From Candidatus Freyarchaeum deiterrae (GTDB lineage: Archaea > Asgardarchaeota > Jordiarchaeia > Jordiarchaeales > Jordiarchaeaceae), in assembly GCA_037305845.1 (NCBI GenBank), contig CP147778.1, forward strand, positions 448,001 to 512,000: 64,000 bases of DNA, in the 5' to 3' direction. The notes beneath the pieces were generated by a model. It saw only the letters and a list, made by a program, of their open reading frames with translations. It was not told the DNA's origin and searched no databases. Shown in pieces: positions 50,210 to 60,728 of this stretch. The stretch's first letter is position 1; each line of letters opens with the position of its first letter. A program made the position numbers and the translations under genes.

Positions 50210-50515
50210 GCAGAAAAAAACAATAAGCAGAGGAATATTCTCTCTGCCCTTTTTTAAAGAAAAATCAGGATGAATTACTTGGAGTTTTTAGATGAAACTC
50301 AATGAACCAGTTTCTACTCTTCAAAATTGAAGCGTATATTAATATTTTATATTTAATAAATAATAAATATAGAAACATATTAATAGACCCTAAACAATCA
50401 TTAGATTAGTGAGTGTTAGAAAGGGAAAGAGTAATCATTATCGAAAACTTAGCTGAACCGACTTCCCAATTTTGTTAAGCTTACGCCTGAAAAATGAAAG
50501 AGGTGTATTGAAAGA

Positions 50516-50986
50516 ATGCCACAAATAAATTCTTTCTACAATGCCGTAATTTTCGGCACATTACTCAGCGCCGCAGATAAAATAGGAATGAAACCCATGA
50601 TACTCGGAAGACAAGCATCCAAAATATTAAAACCCCTAATAGGAACTCTCGCCCAAAAGGCTATTGGTAAAGATCCACCATCAAACATGGAGGAGCTTAT
50701 TGAAGCTATAAAAGAGATTGCAAAGAATAGCGGATTAACAGAGTCAAATAACTTGGAAATGAATTTCTCTGGAAACTGTCTCAGCGTAAAAGGAACTGAC
50801 TGCATGTACTCAGAGATGGCTGAGTATGGAAAGTCCATAGGATACGATGCTTGCCCTGTGTGCGTTACGGGTGTTGTTTTAATGAGCATCATCGGTGCCC
50901 TAGGTTTCGGTGAAGTTATAGATTTAAAAATAGAAAACAGTGGAAAAACTTGCTTGAGCAAAATGGTATTAGATCAAAGCAAATGA
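50516..50986 (+). CDS. V4R/methanogen-output-domain-like small protein
   Basis: DCMY...ACPV...KTC Cys pattern; GAGGTG RBS. Confidence 0.6.
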   Translation: MPQINSFYNAVIFGTLLSAADKIGMKPMILGRQASKILKPLIGTLAQKAIGKDPPSNMEELIEAIKEIAKNSGLTESNNLEMNFSGNCLSVKGTDCMYSEMAEYGKSIGYDACPVCVTGVVLMSIIGALGFGEVIDLKIENSGKTCLSKMVLDQSK

Positions 50987-51059
50987 AAAGCCCGTGTGAA
51001 CGGTTCCAGTTTTTGCAGGGGTTTTCTTATTTCTGCTTCAGGTGTCTAGAATAAAATTA

Positions 51060-51410
51060 TTATTTCTTATTCGATATTGGAATTACACATAGAAAAGTGA
51101 ATGTTTCTTTACCCTGATTTTCGTATCCGTGTTTCTCGTTTGGGGGAACGAACAAAACATCTCCGGGACCCGCTATGGTTTCAAAGCCTTTATCGTTGAA
51201 GATTCGAGCTTTCCCTGACAAGACGTAAATCTCATGTTCTTCTGGATGATTGTGCAAGCCTATGTTGCCACCAGGTTTGATCTCAAAGCGGCGCATTGCA
51301 TACTTCAGAGCCCCGTCCTTCTCGGTTATGAGCCAGCGTATTGTAGTTTTGGTAGAACCCGCAGTAGTAACCTTTTCTTCCGCAACATCACTATAATTCT
51401 TCTTAAGCAT
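51060..51410 (-). CDS. Cupin domain protein
   Basis: HNHPEEHEIYVLSG and GDVLFVPPNEKH cupin motifs. Confidence 0.9.
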   Translation of the reverse strand: MLKKNYSDVAEEKVTTAGSTKTTIRWLITEKDGALKYAMRRFEIKPGGNIGLHNHPEEHEIYVLSGKARIFNDKGFETIAGPGDVLFVPPNEKHGYENQGKETFTFLCVIPISNKK

Positions 51411-51531
51411 ATCAACCACGAACCACAATTGATATATGAGGCATATATCCTTAACCCTTGAATTAAAAGGTGAACAGCGTTAACTCTTAAGATGCTAAAA
51501 GAATAGTTTCAAAACAAATTTCTCAAAAAAA

Positions 51532-52341
51532 TTAGAACATAAAACTGCAATCTATACCATTACACTCTTTCAAGATTCTTGTTTTAAATTGCTGATAATA
51601 ACTCTCCGGGTTTTCCATAACTTCAATAAATTCATCCATAATCTTTGGTTCAAATTTCTCCAACGTTGCTATAATAGGTTTCCAGTTCCCACACTTTATA
51701 TTCAGTGTATCAAAAAGCAAGTATCCAGCATTACCTCTCTCAGCGCTTTCCAAAATACCCTCCACATTTCTCTCAGTTATCAAGGGAATTACTGGCGCAA
51801 CAAAAACATATGTTTTGATCCCGTTTTTTCCAAGGGTTTCTAACGCGTCAAATCTTCTTTCAACACTGGGTGCCCCTGGCTCAATAAATCCTCTAAAACT
51901 CTCATCAAAATGAGAAACGGAAAACCCCACTTCAATGTTCTTCACTTTCTTAATAACATCCAAATCTCTAACTATCAAGTCAGACTTTGTTAAAATATCA
52001 ACCCTAAAATCATTATGCTTTGCTAGTTCCTCCAAAATTTTCCTAGTAAGCTCGTATCTCTTTTCCAGCTCCTGATAAGAATCACAAACACTGCTCAAAA
52101 GAACAGTGCCCGGTTTTTTCCTCTTAATTTCTTTCGCCAGTACAGTTGGGGCGTTAATTTTGGCATGAACAAAATTTCCCCAAGGTTGCTTAGTCTTCGC
52201 ATACCTCATCATGAAACGAGCGTAACAATAAACACACCCATGAGAGCAACCAACGTAGGGATTTATTGAATAATCTACCCCGCCTATTCCACTTTGACTC
52301 AAAATGCTTTTACAAAAAATTTCTTTTACTTCTTCTATCAC
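51532..52341 (-). CDS. Radical SAM protein, spore-photoproduct-lyase-like DNA repair family
   Basis: NPYVGCSHGCVYCYA, LTKS, EPGAPS..R. Confidence 0.9.
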   Translation of the reverse strand: MIEEVKEIFCKSILSQSGIGGVDYSINPYVGCSHGCVYCYARFMMRYAKTKQPWGNFVHAKINAPTVLAKEIKRKKPGTVLLSSVCDSYQELEKRYELTRKILEELAKHNDFRVDILTKSDLIVRDLDVIKKVKNIEVGFSVSHFDESFRGFIEPGAPSVERRFDALETLGKNGIKTYVFVAPVIPLITERNVEGILESAERGNAGYLLFDTLNIKCGNWKPIIATLEKFEPKIMDEFIEVMENPESYYQQFKTRILKECNGIDCSFMF

Positions 52342-52343
52342 GG

Positions 52344-53714
52344 TTAAGACCCTAAAAATTCAGTCATTAAACGTTGTTTTCTTATTTCGGATAATACGCC
52401 ACTTACCTGAAGCCAATACTTCATACCTATACGCATACGTGTTTTTATATGCTCCAAAGCGTTCTCCATTGTTTGGAACTTCATCGGCTCATTTCTTAAA
52501 GCATCCCTAACGCATTCTCGTACCAACCAAACTCCCAGAGGCATAAGGTTGCCCGGCAGTGTTTCCCTGAATATGACTACCGCTGCTTGCCTTCTCTCCC
52601 CAAGAAGGTGTTCCGTAACTGCAAGCCTAGCCGCATAGTAACAACCACCTATGCTCGCGTAAGTGGTTCTACCTTTGTACGGTTCCCAATCTGACGCTAT
52701 ACCAATGTTGTTACGATCCGGATTCCATAACGTTCCCGGAAACCAAGCCTCTATCAACTCATAGCTCCAGGGTCGGGGAATCATAAGGACGATAAAACGG
52801 TTCTCAAGATAATTACTCTCGTAAACCAAATAATCATTTATTAAGGGGAAATCTTTAACATCCTCTCTCAGAGTTTGGGAAATGTTGCTGTCAACCGCGG
52901 TGATGCTCCACCTTGTGGGTACCAGTTTTCTGTTGTTCTTAATCCCCATAGCGCCGACACTCAGAATTCTCTGTATTCGTGTTACCGGAAGTTTATTTTC
53001 GTACAGCATCAAGATTCCTTCAATCGCCTTAAGATCCGTGTCGAAATACACTTTATCTACTAACTTGGGTATTTTAAAAGTGCCAATGTTAATTTTTTCG
53101 AGAGGTGCGGAAGGCCCCATTGGCTGTACTTCGCTGGATAACAAGAGACGATGTTTCGGCTTTTTCTTCAAGATTATCTCAGAGTCAACAGGATTGCCCG
53201 CAAGAGCAAGTTCACGGGTGTCCGTCAGTAATTTGTTTTCGGTGTCAACCTTCCTAACGTCTGTGAGAAACATACCCCTGACAAGTTTGTACCTATAACC
53301 TATTATTTCCTCAACATCTTTTCCAAACCAGAGTTCAGGAATATCGAAAATACTTGTATCGCCCCTCTCCGGTGGAACCATCGGCCCCGCATAAACATAA
53401 GGATACCCCTTCCTACCAATAAAAGCACTAGGCGGAGAATCCCCACTTAGTTGAGTCCCATCAAAACTTTTTGACATCTTAACATAGTTGTAAAAACGCT
53501 CAAGTAAGGGGCACTTATTTTTTCCACACAGCATCTTTGTGCCCCTGCATAGAAGGCAGGTTGATTGTTGGGGGGCCGTGTAATCTATGAGTTCTGGATT
53601 GAACTCTAATGCGGTGGAATAGTCCTCTATCAAGTGGTCTATCCAGGGGATTCTTTTTTTGACCTTTTTTACAAACTTGCCTGAAACTAGGGTGTCCAAA
53701 TAGATTACTCCCAT
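52344..53714 (-). CDS. nreA: Nre family archaeal DNA repair protein
   Basis: CLLCRG..LCG..CP, SPPSAFIGR.GYP, LVPTRWSITAVD, GGCYYAARL, C-terminal PIP box QRLMTEF. Confidence 0.92.
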   Translation of the reverse strand: MGVIYLDTLVSGKFVKKVKKRIPWIDHLIEDYSTALEFNPELIDYTAPQQSTCLLCRGTKMLCGKNKCPLLERFYNYVKMSKSFDGTQLSGDSPPSAFIGRKGYPYVYAGPMVPPERGDTSIFDIPELWFGKDVEEIIGYRYKLVRGMFLTDVRKVDTENKLLTDTRELALAGNPVDSEIILKKKPKHRLLLSSEVQPMGPSAPLEKINIGTFKIPKLVDKVYFDTDLKAIEGILMLYENKLPVTRIQRILSVGAMGIKNNRKLVPTRWSITAVDSNISQTLREDVKDFPLINDYLVYESNYLENRFIVLMIPRPWSYELIEAWFPGTLWNPDRNNIGIASDWEPYKGRTTYASIGGCYYAARLAVTEHLLGERRQAAVVIFRETLPGNLMPLGVWLVRECVRDALRNEPMKFQTMENALEHIKTRMRIGMKYWLQVSGVLSEIRKQRLMTEFLGS

Positions 53715-53974
53715 TAATACAACAATTAACTCACTTTAAAAAATCATCCCTCTTGGGGATTTGCCTTCTGGCTTTGTTTTTCGGTTTTTAAAATTCGAGT
53801 TTTTGTCTCAAATAAGTAGGAACTCGAATCGATTCATCTAGTTCTAATTCCCTAAACGGTAAAATTAGAATGTAACTTAATCCATTATGAGAATCGGATT
53901 AGACTGAGAATCTATGTAACAATTTGCATTCATCTTTTCTTCCCGTTTATGAAATTGCAAGCTTTTTAGATTTC

Positions 53975-54160
53975 AGTTTTTATTATAAGCAGCCTAATCG
54001 ACATAATTGGCATTACTACGATTGCCGCCGTTATCGGCTTCGGACTTATATTCGTAGCATTCATTCTCTGGGCCGCAGTTTTTTTATTCCTCGAGAAACA
54101 TGTAATCGATAGAAAAGATAGTAAACAAACCCACATTTTTTATTTATCATCAAATTCTTG
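53975..54160 (+). pseudogene. Possible startless C-terminal fragment of a membrane protein
   Basis: Frame ISSLIDIIGITTIAAVIGFGLIFVAFILWAAVFLFLEK, preceded by an in-frame stop and lacking an ATG. Confidence 0.3.
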
Positions 54161-54280
54161 ACTATTATTAACATTTTAAGAATTGATTCTGTTTCAAGTC
54201 TGATTAGTGTATATATATGTTTCTAATTCTGTCTGATATGATACTAAAATAAAAAAAGTTGAGGTTTCTCTGGAAACCCT

Positions 54281-57157
54281 CTATATGTATTCTGCTATAT
54301 AATTAGCTGCATCAAGACAGAAATCTGGATTGGACCAGGTATTATGACCAACGAAAGACCAATCACGATACAACTCAGAAGTTCTATTATTCACCAAAGA
54401 CTTACTGCTATTTAGGGAATCATATGCTATATCATTATAAAGTATATCTCCGTTAGTCAAAGGTATTACTAGATCGTCCCAATTGTGGACTACGTAGAAG
54501 GCCAAGTTATGAGGAATACTGTCGCAGTGATCATTATTATTCATCCAGGCTGTAGTTGTATTTTCACCAGAATTTACTGGGCTGAGGCTTTGCGCTTCAG
54601 AAAGGGCTTGCGTATTATTGTTAATCCAATCAACAAGTAGCTGCTGCCCGGGTTGGTTACTAAGTATATATTGCGCTGCATCATACAGATTGGCCGGCCC
54701 GTCTCCTTCAACAACTACCTTAAGACTGCTTTGATATCCTTGAAGATACCCTAAGTCGGTGCAGGCAGCCATTGTTACTACGTAGGATCCTAAGCTATGT
54801 CCAACTAAGCCTATCCTGCTTCCGTCGAGCACACCGTTAGTGCCGCCATAACTCTGATTCGCTGTGTTAATTACTGCGTAAAGGTCCTTCATTAGGTATG
54901 AAAAGCTAGTAATATTATCATTAACCGTTGAAGCACCTGGCCTTTGAGTATATGTTACCACTGTGAAATTATTGGCTAGAAGATCTTTAGTCATATTAAT
55001 AAAGGTGGTTTCCCATACACTAAGGTCGCTCCCCAAACCGTGAACTAGTACTACCAGAGGTTGACGCGTACCTGCATTATTTGTGAAGAATTTCGCGGGT
55101 AACACATACAATCCGTCAAATGATGTAACATTAAACGACCATATTGCGGTTCCTTGTCCCCAAGTCACATTTACTCGTCTGGTTGCGGTTCCATTTAATC
55201 CCGCACTATCAATGACTGTGACTGTGACACCGAACACACCTGCTTCTATACCCTGGGAAGAAATAGGCTTGAAGCTGAAGGCACCGGTTTCGCCGTAAGG
55301 AGGCCCTGAAATCGGAGCCACAAGAGTGAACCGCGAATCGTTAATGAATATACTGTAAACTTGACTTCCGGTACCGTTGTAGGTTCCGTTAATCCAGACA
55401 CCGCTGCCGTAGGGCAATGGGGCATTATCAGTGGGGGGGATTGTAATTACTGCTATTGGGGGGCTCTTATCCACTATTACGTGTCTGGTTGCGGTTCCAT
55501 TTAATCCCGCACCGTCAATAACTGTGACCGTTACACCGAGCTCACCTGCTTGAATACCCTGGGAAGCATTGAGCTTGAAGCTGAAGGCACCGGTTTCGCC
55601 GTAAGGAGGCCCTGAAATCGGAGCCACAAGAGTGAACCGTGAATCGTTAATGAATATGCTGTAAACTTGACTTCCGGTACCGTTATAGGTTCCATTAATC
55701 CAGACATTGTTGTAAGGCAATATGGCATTATCAGTGGGGGGGCTTGTAATGTTTACTATTGGTGGGGTCGTATCCACTATTATTACTTGTCTGGTTGCGG
55801 TTCCATTTAATCCCGCCTCGTCTTGGACTGTGACTGTGACACCGAGCTCGCCTGCTTCTATACCCTGGGAAGCATTGAGCTTGAAGCTGAAGGCACCGGT
55901 TTCGCCGTAAGGAGGCCCTGAAATCGGAGCCACAAGAGTGAACCGTGAATCGTTAATGAATATGCTGTAAACTTGACTTCCGGTACCGTTATAGGTTCCA
56001 TTAATCCAGACATTGCTGCCATAGGGCAATATGGCATTATCAGTGGGGGGGCTTGTAATGTTTACTATTGGTTGACTCTTATCCACTATTATTAAGTGTC
56101 TGGTTGCGGTTCCAACAAACCCCGCACCGTCAATAACTGTGACCGTTACACCGAGCTCACCTGCTTCTATATTTTGGGAAGCATTGAGCTTGAAGCTGAA
56201 GGTACCGGTTTCGCCGTAAGGAGGCCCTGAAATCGGAGCCACAAGAGTGAACCGTGAATCGTTAATGAATATGCTGTAAACTTGACTTCCGGTACCGTTA
56301 TAGGTTCCGTTAATCCAGACATTGTTGTAGAGCAATGGGGTATTATCAGTGGGGGGGATTGTAATTGCTGCTATTGGGGGGCTCTTATCCACTATTACGT
56401 GTCTGGTTGCGGTTCCATTTAATCCGGTCCCGTCTTGGACTGTGACATTTACGTCAAAGTTACTTGTGGGTATGCCTGAGGCTTCGAAGCTGAAGGTACC
56501 AGTGCAACCGTAGGGTGTTGAACCCGAGGGATTCACGAGGGTGAACCGATTATCGCTTATGTTTATGAGGGTAATCTGACTTGGGAAGTCATTGTAGGTT
56601 CCGTTAATCCAGACACCGCCAGTGATAATCGTTTCGTCGTTAACGGGGGCTGTGATTGTAGCGTGTGGACTGTGTAGTTGGTCAACATTGAAAGTGATGT
56701 TGATTGTCACTGTTGTGGGTGATTGTATCCAGTAATAGTTAATCATGTTTGGATCTTGGTATGATACCAGTGTTCCGCTTGAAGTTGAATTAAAATTCCA
56801 TCCGTTCAAGTGGCCTACCAGTAAATAATCGACAGTGCTGTTTTGAAGGGTGTGTGTAACGCGTGTCTGAATCGTTCCATTAAGGTATTGGTATTGCCAA
56901 GACTCGCTGTAGTTGTAGTATGTTCCACTGACCTTTTCGATTACTGGGATTGTCCCAATTCCTGGTTGCCAGCCTGTGGGGTAATATCCAGCATTCGAGT
57001 TGCTGTTTAGAAGGGAATAGAGAAGGAGTGGGGTGTAATTGGCAGAGTTTTGGGAAAGGGTAAGCTCTGATATGTATAGTGACCCGCTGAAAACTGAGAG
57101 TATTACTAATGCGATTAGTGCATATCTGTATTTATTAAAAAGGTTTTTTTGACTCAT
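54281..57157 (-). CDS. Secreted/anchored alpha/beta hydrolase with five Ig-like (Big) repeats
   Basis: N-terminal signal/anchor; about 101-aa repeats; VLVHGLG oxyanion motif, GHSLG nucleophile, DDLVIP Asp, VGHN His. Confidence 0.88.
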   Translation of the reverse strand: MSQKNLFNKYRYALIALVILSVFSGSLYISELTLSQNSANYTPLLLYSLLNSNSNAGYYPTGWQPGIGTIPVIEKVSGTYYNYSESWQYQYLNGTIQTRVTHTLQNSTVDYLLVGHLNGWNFNSTSSGTLVSYQDPNMINYYWIQSPTTVTINITFNVDQLHSPHATITAPVNDETIITGGVWINGTYNDFPSQITLINISDNRFTLVNPSGSTPYGCTGTFSFEASGIPTSNFDVNVTVQDGTGLNGTATRHVIVDKSPPIAAITIPPTDNTPLLYNNVWINGTYNGTGSQVYSIFINDSRFTLVAPISGPPYGETGTFSFKLNASQNIEAGELGVTVTVIDGAGFVGTATRHLIIVDKSQPIVNITSPPTDNAILPYGSNVWINGTYNGTGSQVYSIFINDSRFTLVAPISGPPYGETGAFSFKLNASQGIEAGELGVTVTVQDEAGLNGTATRQVIIVDTTPPIVNITSPPTDNAILPYNNVWINGTYNGTGSQVYSIFINDSRFTLVAPISGPPYGETGAFSFKLNASQGIQAGELGVTVTVIDGAGLNGTATRHVIVDKSPPIAVITIPPTDNAPLPYGSGVWINGTYNGTGSQVYSIFINDSRFTLVAPISGPPYGETGAFSFKPISSQGIEAGVFGVTVTVIDSAGLNGTATRRVNVTWGQGTAIWSFNVTSFDGLYVLPAKFFTNNAGTRQPLVVLVHGLGSDLSVWETTFINMTKDLLANNFTVVTYTQRPGASTVNDNITSFSYLMKDLYAVINTANQSYGGTNGVLDGSRIGLVGHSLGSYVVTMAACTDLGYLQGYQSSLKVVVEGDGPANLYDAAQYILSNQPGQQLLVDWINNNTQALSEAQSLSPVNSGENTTTAWMNNNDHCDSIPHNLAFYVVHNWDDLVIPLTNGDILYNDIAYDSLNSSKSLVNNRTSELYRDWSFVGHNTWSNPDFCLDAANYIAEYI
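55165..56670 (-). repeat. Five tandem repeats of about 303-309 bp (four near-identical)
   Basis: Unit boundaries at 56389, 56083, 55774 and 55471; identical core CCGGTTTCGCCGTAAGGAGGCCCTGAAATCGGAGCCACAAGAGTGAACCG in four units. Confidence 0.95.
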
Positions 57158-57571
57158 TTTTCCGTATTCCAGAATTTTGGGTATTTAATTTGTCATTGCG
57201 CCCCTCCTCGGCGCTACTCTCGGAGCTTTTTGGAGAGGTCGACCTCACGGCGATGTATTCTCCGTGCAGCCATGTCCCCATCATCATTTTTTGTGAATCA
57301 TTATGTAGTTCGTTTTTCAAGTAGCACTTCCAATCGTCTACTTCGTTTAATTGAACATGTATATTAAATTTTCTTAAATTGTTTTTAAAATTGAAGTACT
57401 TTTTTCGAAAATAAATAAAATTACATATATAAATTACTTATAAAAGTTATATAAGGCACATAAAAATTATTAGACCATCATAATTTTTATCCTTCTACAT
57501 AATCAAGTCTGTTGAAATCATTTCATTTACAAGCCACATCATGTTCAGATCCTATGCAGCTTTTAATATAG

Positions 57572-57845
57572 AAATCGAGTGTACGAAGAAACAGTGGTAA
57601 GGATAAAGAGTTGGGTTATGTAGACTCGAATCTTATAAAAGAACATTTTCAAATAGGGTCAATGAGGGTTAAGAGAGCAAACTTAAAACAATTCTTTAAA
57701 GAGTTCCCGATAAATGAGGGTGAAAAGAAGACCGTTCAACTAGTGTTAAAAGAGAAAATCTCAACGGTTCTAGCCTATGAGAGGAAAACCAGAATCGCAG
57801 CACAGATACTAGCAATTAACACTTGTATACAATAGGAGCCCTCTT
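57572..57845 (+). pseudogene. PIN-domain (DUF3368-like) remnant
   Basis: VYEETVV / KELGYVDSNLI...GEKKTVQL..KE....LAYERKTR.AA / TIGAL with frameshifts; the catalytic Asp position reads Tyr. Confidence 0.6.
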
Positions 57846-58045
57846 TCGCAAAGGCCCTTTCCTCGTAGTCTACAACCTTGAAGGTGTGCGTAACTCCCAA
57901 ATAGTTGACGCTACATACATACTTATAATCCTCGAAGGGACTGCATGTTCTGGTGCAATTTCTGAGGTTGTCTTTGCGGATTTGGGAAAAAAAGAGTATT
58001 TTAAATGAATTGGGTTAACAAATTAACTGAAAAGGAGGCAAGACT

Positions 58046-58789
58046 ATGGGTATGGAATGGAAAGATTATGCTGATAAAATAAGTGAGCTTCTTGGGCTTG
58101 AAGGAAATCCAGTAGCTATTACTTACTCTATGAAGCCGCCGTTGAAGTCTTCAGGTAAAAGGCATCGGGTATGCGACGCGTTCCTGAATACGAGGGACGG
58201 CGAGATTGTTGACCTTACCGCTCAGACATGCTCCTGTGTTGGTGGAACTTGGCATCTGGGCCTTGTTGGACCTCCGACGGGGGAGGCTTATAAAGCGTTT
58301 CAGGAATTTCTGGTTAATGGAGAGAAACTTTTCTGCTCCATAGTGGCTCTCTATCGGTCAGGAGCACTGAGCACAGCGCCGCCCTTTGGTCTAGCGGAGC
58401 ACGTTATTTTGTCGCCCATGAATGAGGCGGAACTCCGTCCAGACCTAGTTCTATTCGTATGCAACGCTGAGCAAGCCTGCCGACTCGTCACACTAGATAC
58501 CTATGATACCGGCATTCCTCCAAAAATTGAGATGGCGGGGTCAACGTGCCATCAGGCGGTAGCTTATCCCATAGTTAGCGGTGAGCTAAACGTCAGCTTA
58601 ATGGATTACACTAGTCGGCGTATTCGTGGCTATAAATCAGGAGACCTGATAGTTTCAATACCGTATCACCGTTTTCACGGAGTGATGCGAAGCATAGAGC
58701 ACTGCACAGCTGGACGAGCCAAAATGGAGGTTCCCGAATCATTCCGCCGTCTTTCACGCGCCCAAGAATCACTCGGTCCAGAAGATTAG
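58046..58789 (+). CDS. DUF169 family protein
   Basis: PVAI, C...CxC.GG..LG, PDLVLFVCNAEQA.RL, STC, R......L.VSIP. Confidence 0.85.
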   Translation: MGMEWKDYADKISELLGLEGNPVAITYSMKPPLKSSGKRHRVCDAFLNTRDGEIVDLTAQTCSCVGGTWHLGLVGPPTGEAYKAFQEFLVNGEKLFCSIVALYRSGALSTAPPFGLAEHVILSPMNEAELRPDLVLFVCNAEQACRLVTLDTYDTGIPPKIEMAGSTCHQAVAYPIVSGELNVSLMDYTSRRIRGYKSGDLIVSIPYHRFHGVMRSIEHCTAGRAKMEVPESFRRLSRAQESLGPED

Positions 58790-58924
58790 CTCAGAAGTTG
58801 AATGCTCAAAAATACTCTTAGGAGTTAATAGAACAGGTTTACTATTCTTGGAACACTCGCTGAGCGGGTTAAGAATAAAAGTTATTAATTGCAAAACAAT
58901 TTCAAACAGTATGGAGAGGTGATT

Positions 58925-59500
58925 TTGTTGTCATCTAAGAAAGATTTGAAACCGACTATTGCGTTATACCCGAACCCTGTGGTTTTGGCTACTTCGGTTG
59001 ATGAGAGAGGAAAGCCTAATGTTTGTACTCTGGCCTGGGCGGGAGTGCTGTGCTCGGAGCCTCCTCAGATAGGGATTTCTATTAGACCCTCACGTTATTC
59101 CCACGAGTTGATAAGCAAGACTAGGGAGTACGTTGTCAATTTACCCACTGTCGACATTGTGGAAGAAACAGATTACTGCGGCATAGTAACTGGGAAAAAA
59201 GTGGACAAGTTCAAAGAAACCAAACTCACACCGGTGAAAGCCAAAAAGGTCAAACCACCATTAATCAAGGAATGTCCAGTGAACTTGGAGTGCAAGGTTA
59301 AAGATATAATCAAGCTCGGGTCTCATGACCTGTTCATCGGGGAAATCGTAAATGTTAATGCAGACGCGGATTTGATGGATTCTCCCACTAGTATTAATTT
59401 TGGGAAACTAAAAGCTATAACTTGGAATCCCATCTCAAGAGAATACTATGGTCTCGGAGAATCCTTAGGAGAGTACGGTTTCTCACAAAAAAAGAAATAA
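58925..59500 (+). CDS. Flavin reductase/flavoredoxin family protein
   Basis: YPNPVVL, PNVCTLAW, EYVVNLP, CG..TG...DKF, ECPVNLEC, GSHDLFIGE. Confidence 0.92.
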   Translation: MLSSKKDLKPTIALYPNPVVLATSVDERGKPNVCTLAWAGVLCSEPPQIGISIRPSRYSHELISKTREYVVNLPTVDIVEETDYCGIVTGKKVDKFKETKLTPVKAKKVKPPLIKECPVNLECKVKDIIKLGSHDLFIGEIVNVNADADLMDSPTSINFGKLKAITWNPISREYYGLGESLGEYGFSQKKK

Positions 59501-59634
59501 AGTAAAGGTAAAAATCTGAAAAGCATAGGATTAAAATACACTTGCACAGAAAATATCTTTGTTCTTGGAGAAACAAAAGAAAAGTAGTCGGGGCCTGTTT
59601 AAACCCAGCCCCAAATTAGAATTTTTATTTTATT

Positions 59635-60573
59635 TTATTTAATTCCGAGTATTCTCTGTGCGTTGCCTCCGAGCATGAGGTCAACTTCTTCTTGGGTGAA
59701 TTTGAAACCCTCTTCTGTGGCCTTTGTGGGTAGGTCTTTTACTAGTTGAATGTAGTCTTTGCCGGGCATTGCGGCTTCCAGATAGGGTCCATCTGTTCCC
59801 CACAAGACTCTGTCTTCTGAGAATTCGTCGAGGCATTCGCGGAGCGAAGCGCAGAACTCGTGATAACTATTTTGGGCTATTAGCTGCCATCCCGAGAAGT
59901 CTACTGTCAGATTTGTTTTGCATGAGCCCATGTGAAATAATTCGTAGCGCCAGCCGAACCCCATGTGTGCGGCTTGTATCGTAAGGTCGGTGAAGTCTAA
60001 ACAAACATCGTCGAGAAACATTGGGTCGCAGTACTTGGATCTCAGGGGTTGGACTATTTGTCCGGTGTGGAAGAGAACCGGCTTCTTAAACTCTCTTGCA
60101 ATGTCTAAAAGCTTGTAGGCCTCTTTGCTGTTGGGGTAGAATCCGGTAGACGGGTGGAGCTTCAAGCCGCTCATTTTCCACTCCTCGAAGCATCTCCTGA
60201 TGAGCTTGTCTGCGTTTGGTCTTCTTGGGTCTACACTTGCAAAAGCTAGGATTTTTTTGGGATACTTCTTTTGGATGCCGGCAAAAATCTGGTTCTGCTC
60301 TTCGATGGACACTTTGGGGTCACCCAAAAGAAGACCGTAATCCTGTACGCATGCGACGGTCATGTCAATTCCGAAGTTTTTCATCTGAGCAATTAGTTTC
60401 TCACCCGTGGGGTCGAAAAAGTTGGGGAGAAGCTGATCAATTATCTGCTGGGGCGTCATATCCATGCCGAGAAGTTTTTTTACGGGTTTAACGTAGACTT
60501 TGGCTAACTCGTTCCACCAAGTTGTAGGATACCAATCTTTATCCACAATGTGAGAGTGTGCATCAATAATCAA
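59635..60573 (-). CDS. Amidohydrolase_2 family protein (paralog of 6602-7546)
   Basis: IIDAHSH, VDPRR, GLKLHP, FHTG, AHMG, WGTDGP, GGNAQRIL. Confidence 0.88.
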   Translation of the reverse strand: MIIDAHSHIVDKDWYPTTWWNELAKVYVKPVKKLLGMDMTPQQIIDQLLPNFFDPTGEKLIAQMKNFGIDMTVACVQDYGLLLGDPKVSIEEQNQIFAGIQKKYPKKILAFASVDPRRPNADKLIRRCFEEWKMSGLKLHPSTGFYPNSKEAYKLLDIAREFKKPVLFHTGQIVQPLRSKYCDPMFLDDVCLDFTDLTIQAAHMGFGWRYELFHMGSCKTNLTVDFSGWQLIAQNSYHEFCASLRECLDEFSEDRVLWGTDGPYLEAAMPGKDYIQLVKDLPTKATEEGFKFTQEEVDLMLGGNAQRILGIK

Positions 60574-60728
60574 CTCATACTCCCTCCAAAAATAGTTATT
60601 ACATATTTTCTTCAATTTAGTATTTAAGACTATATACCTCTCAACGGTTGGATTTTATTTTTATGGCTGAGATTCTTTAATAAAGGAAAGGTCAATTTAA
60701 CAAGGAAGGTTAAAAAAAGAGGAGATTT

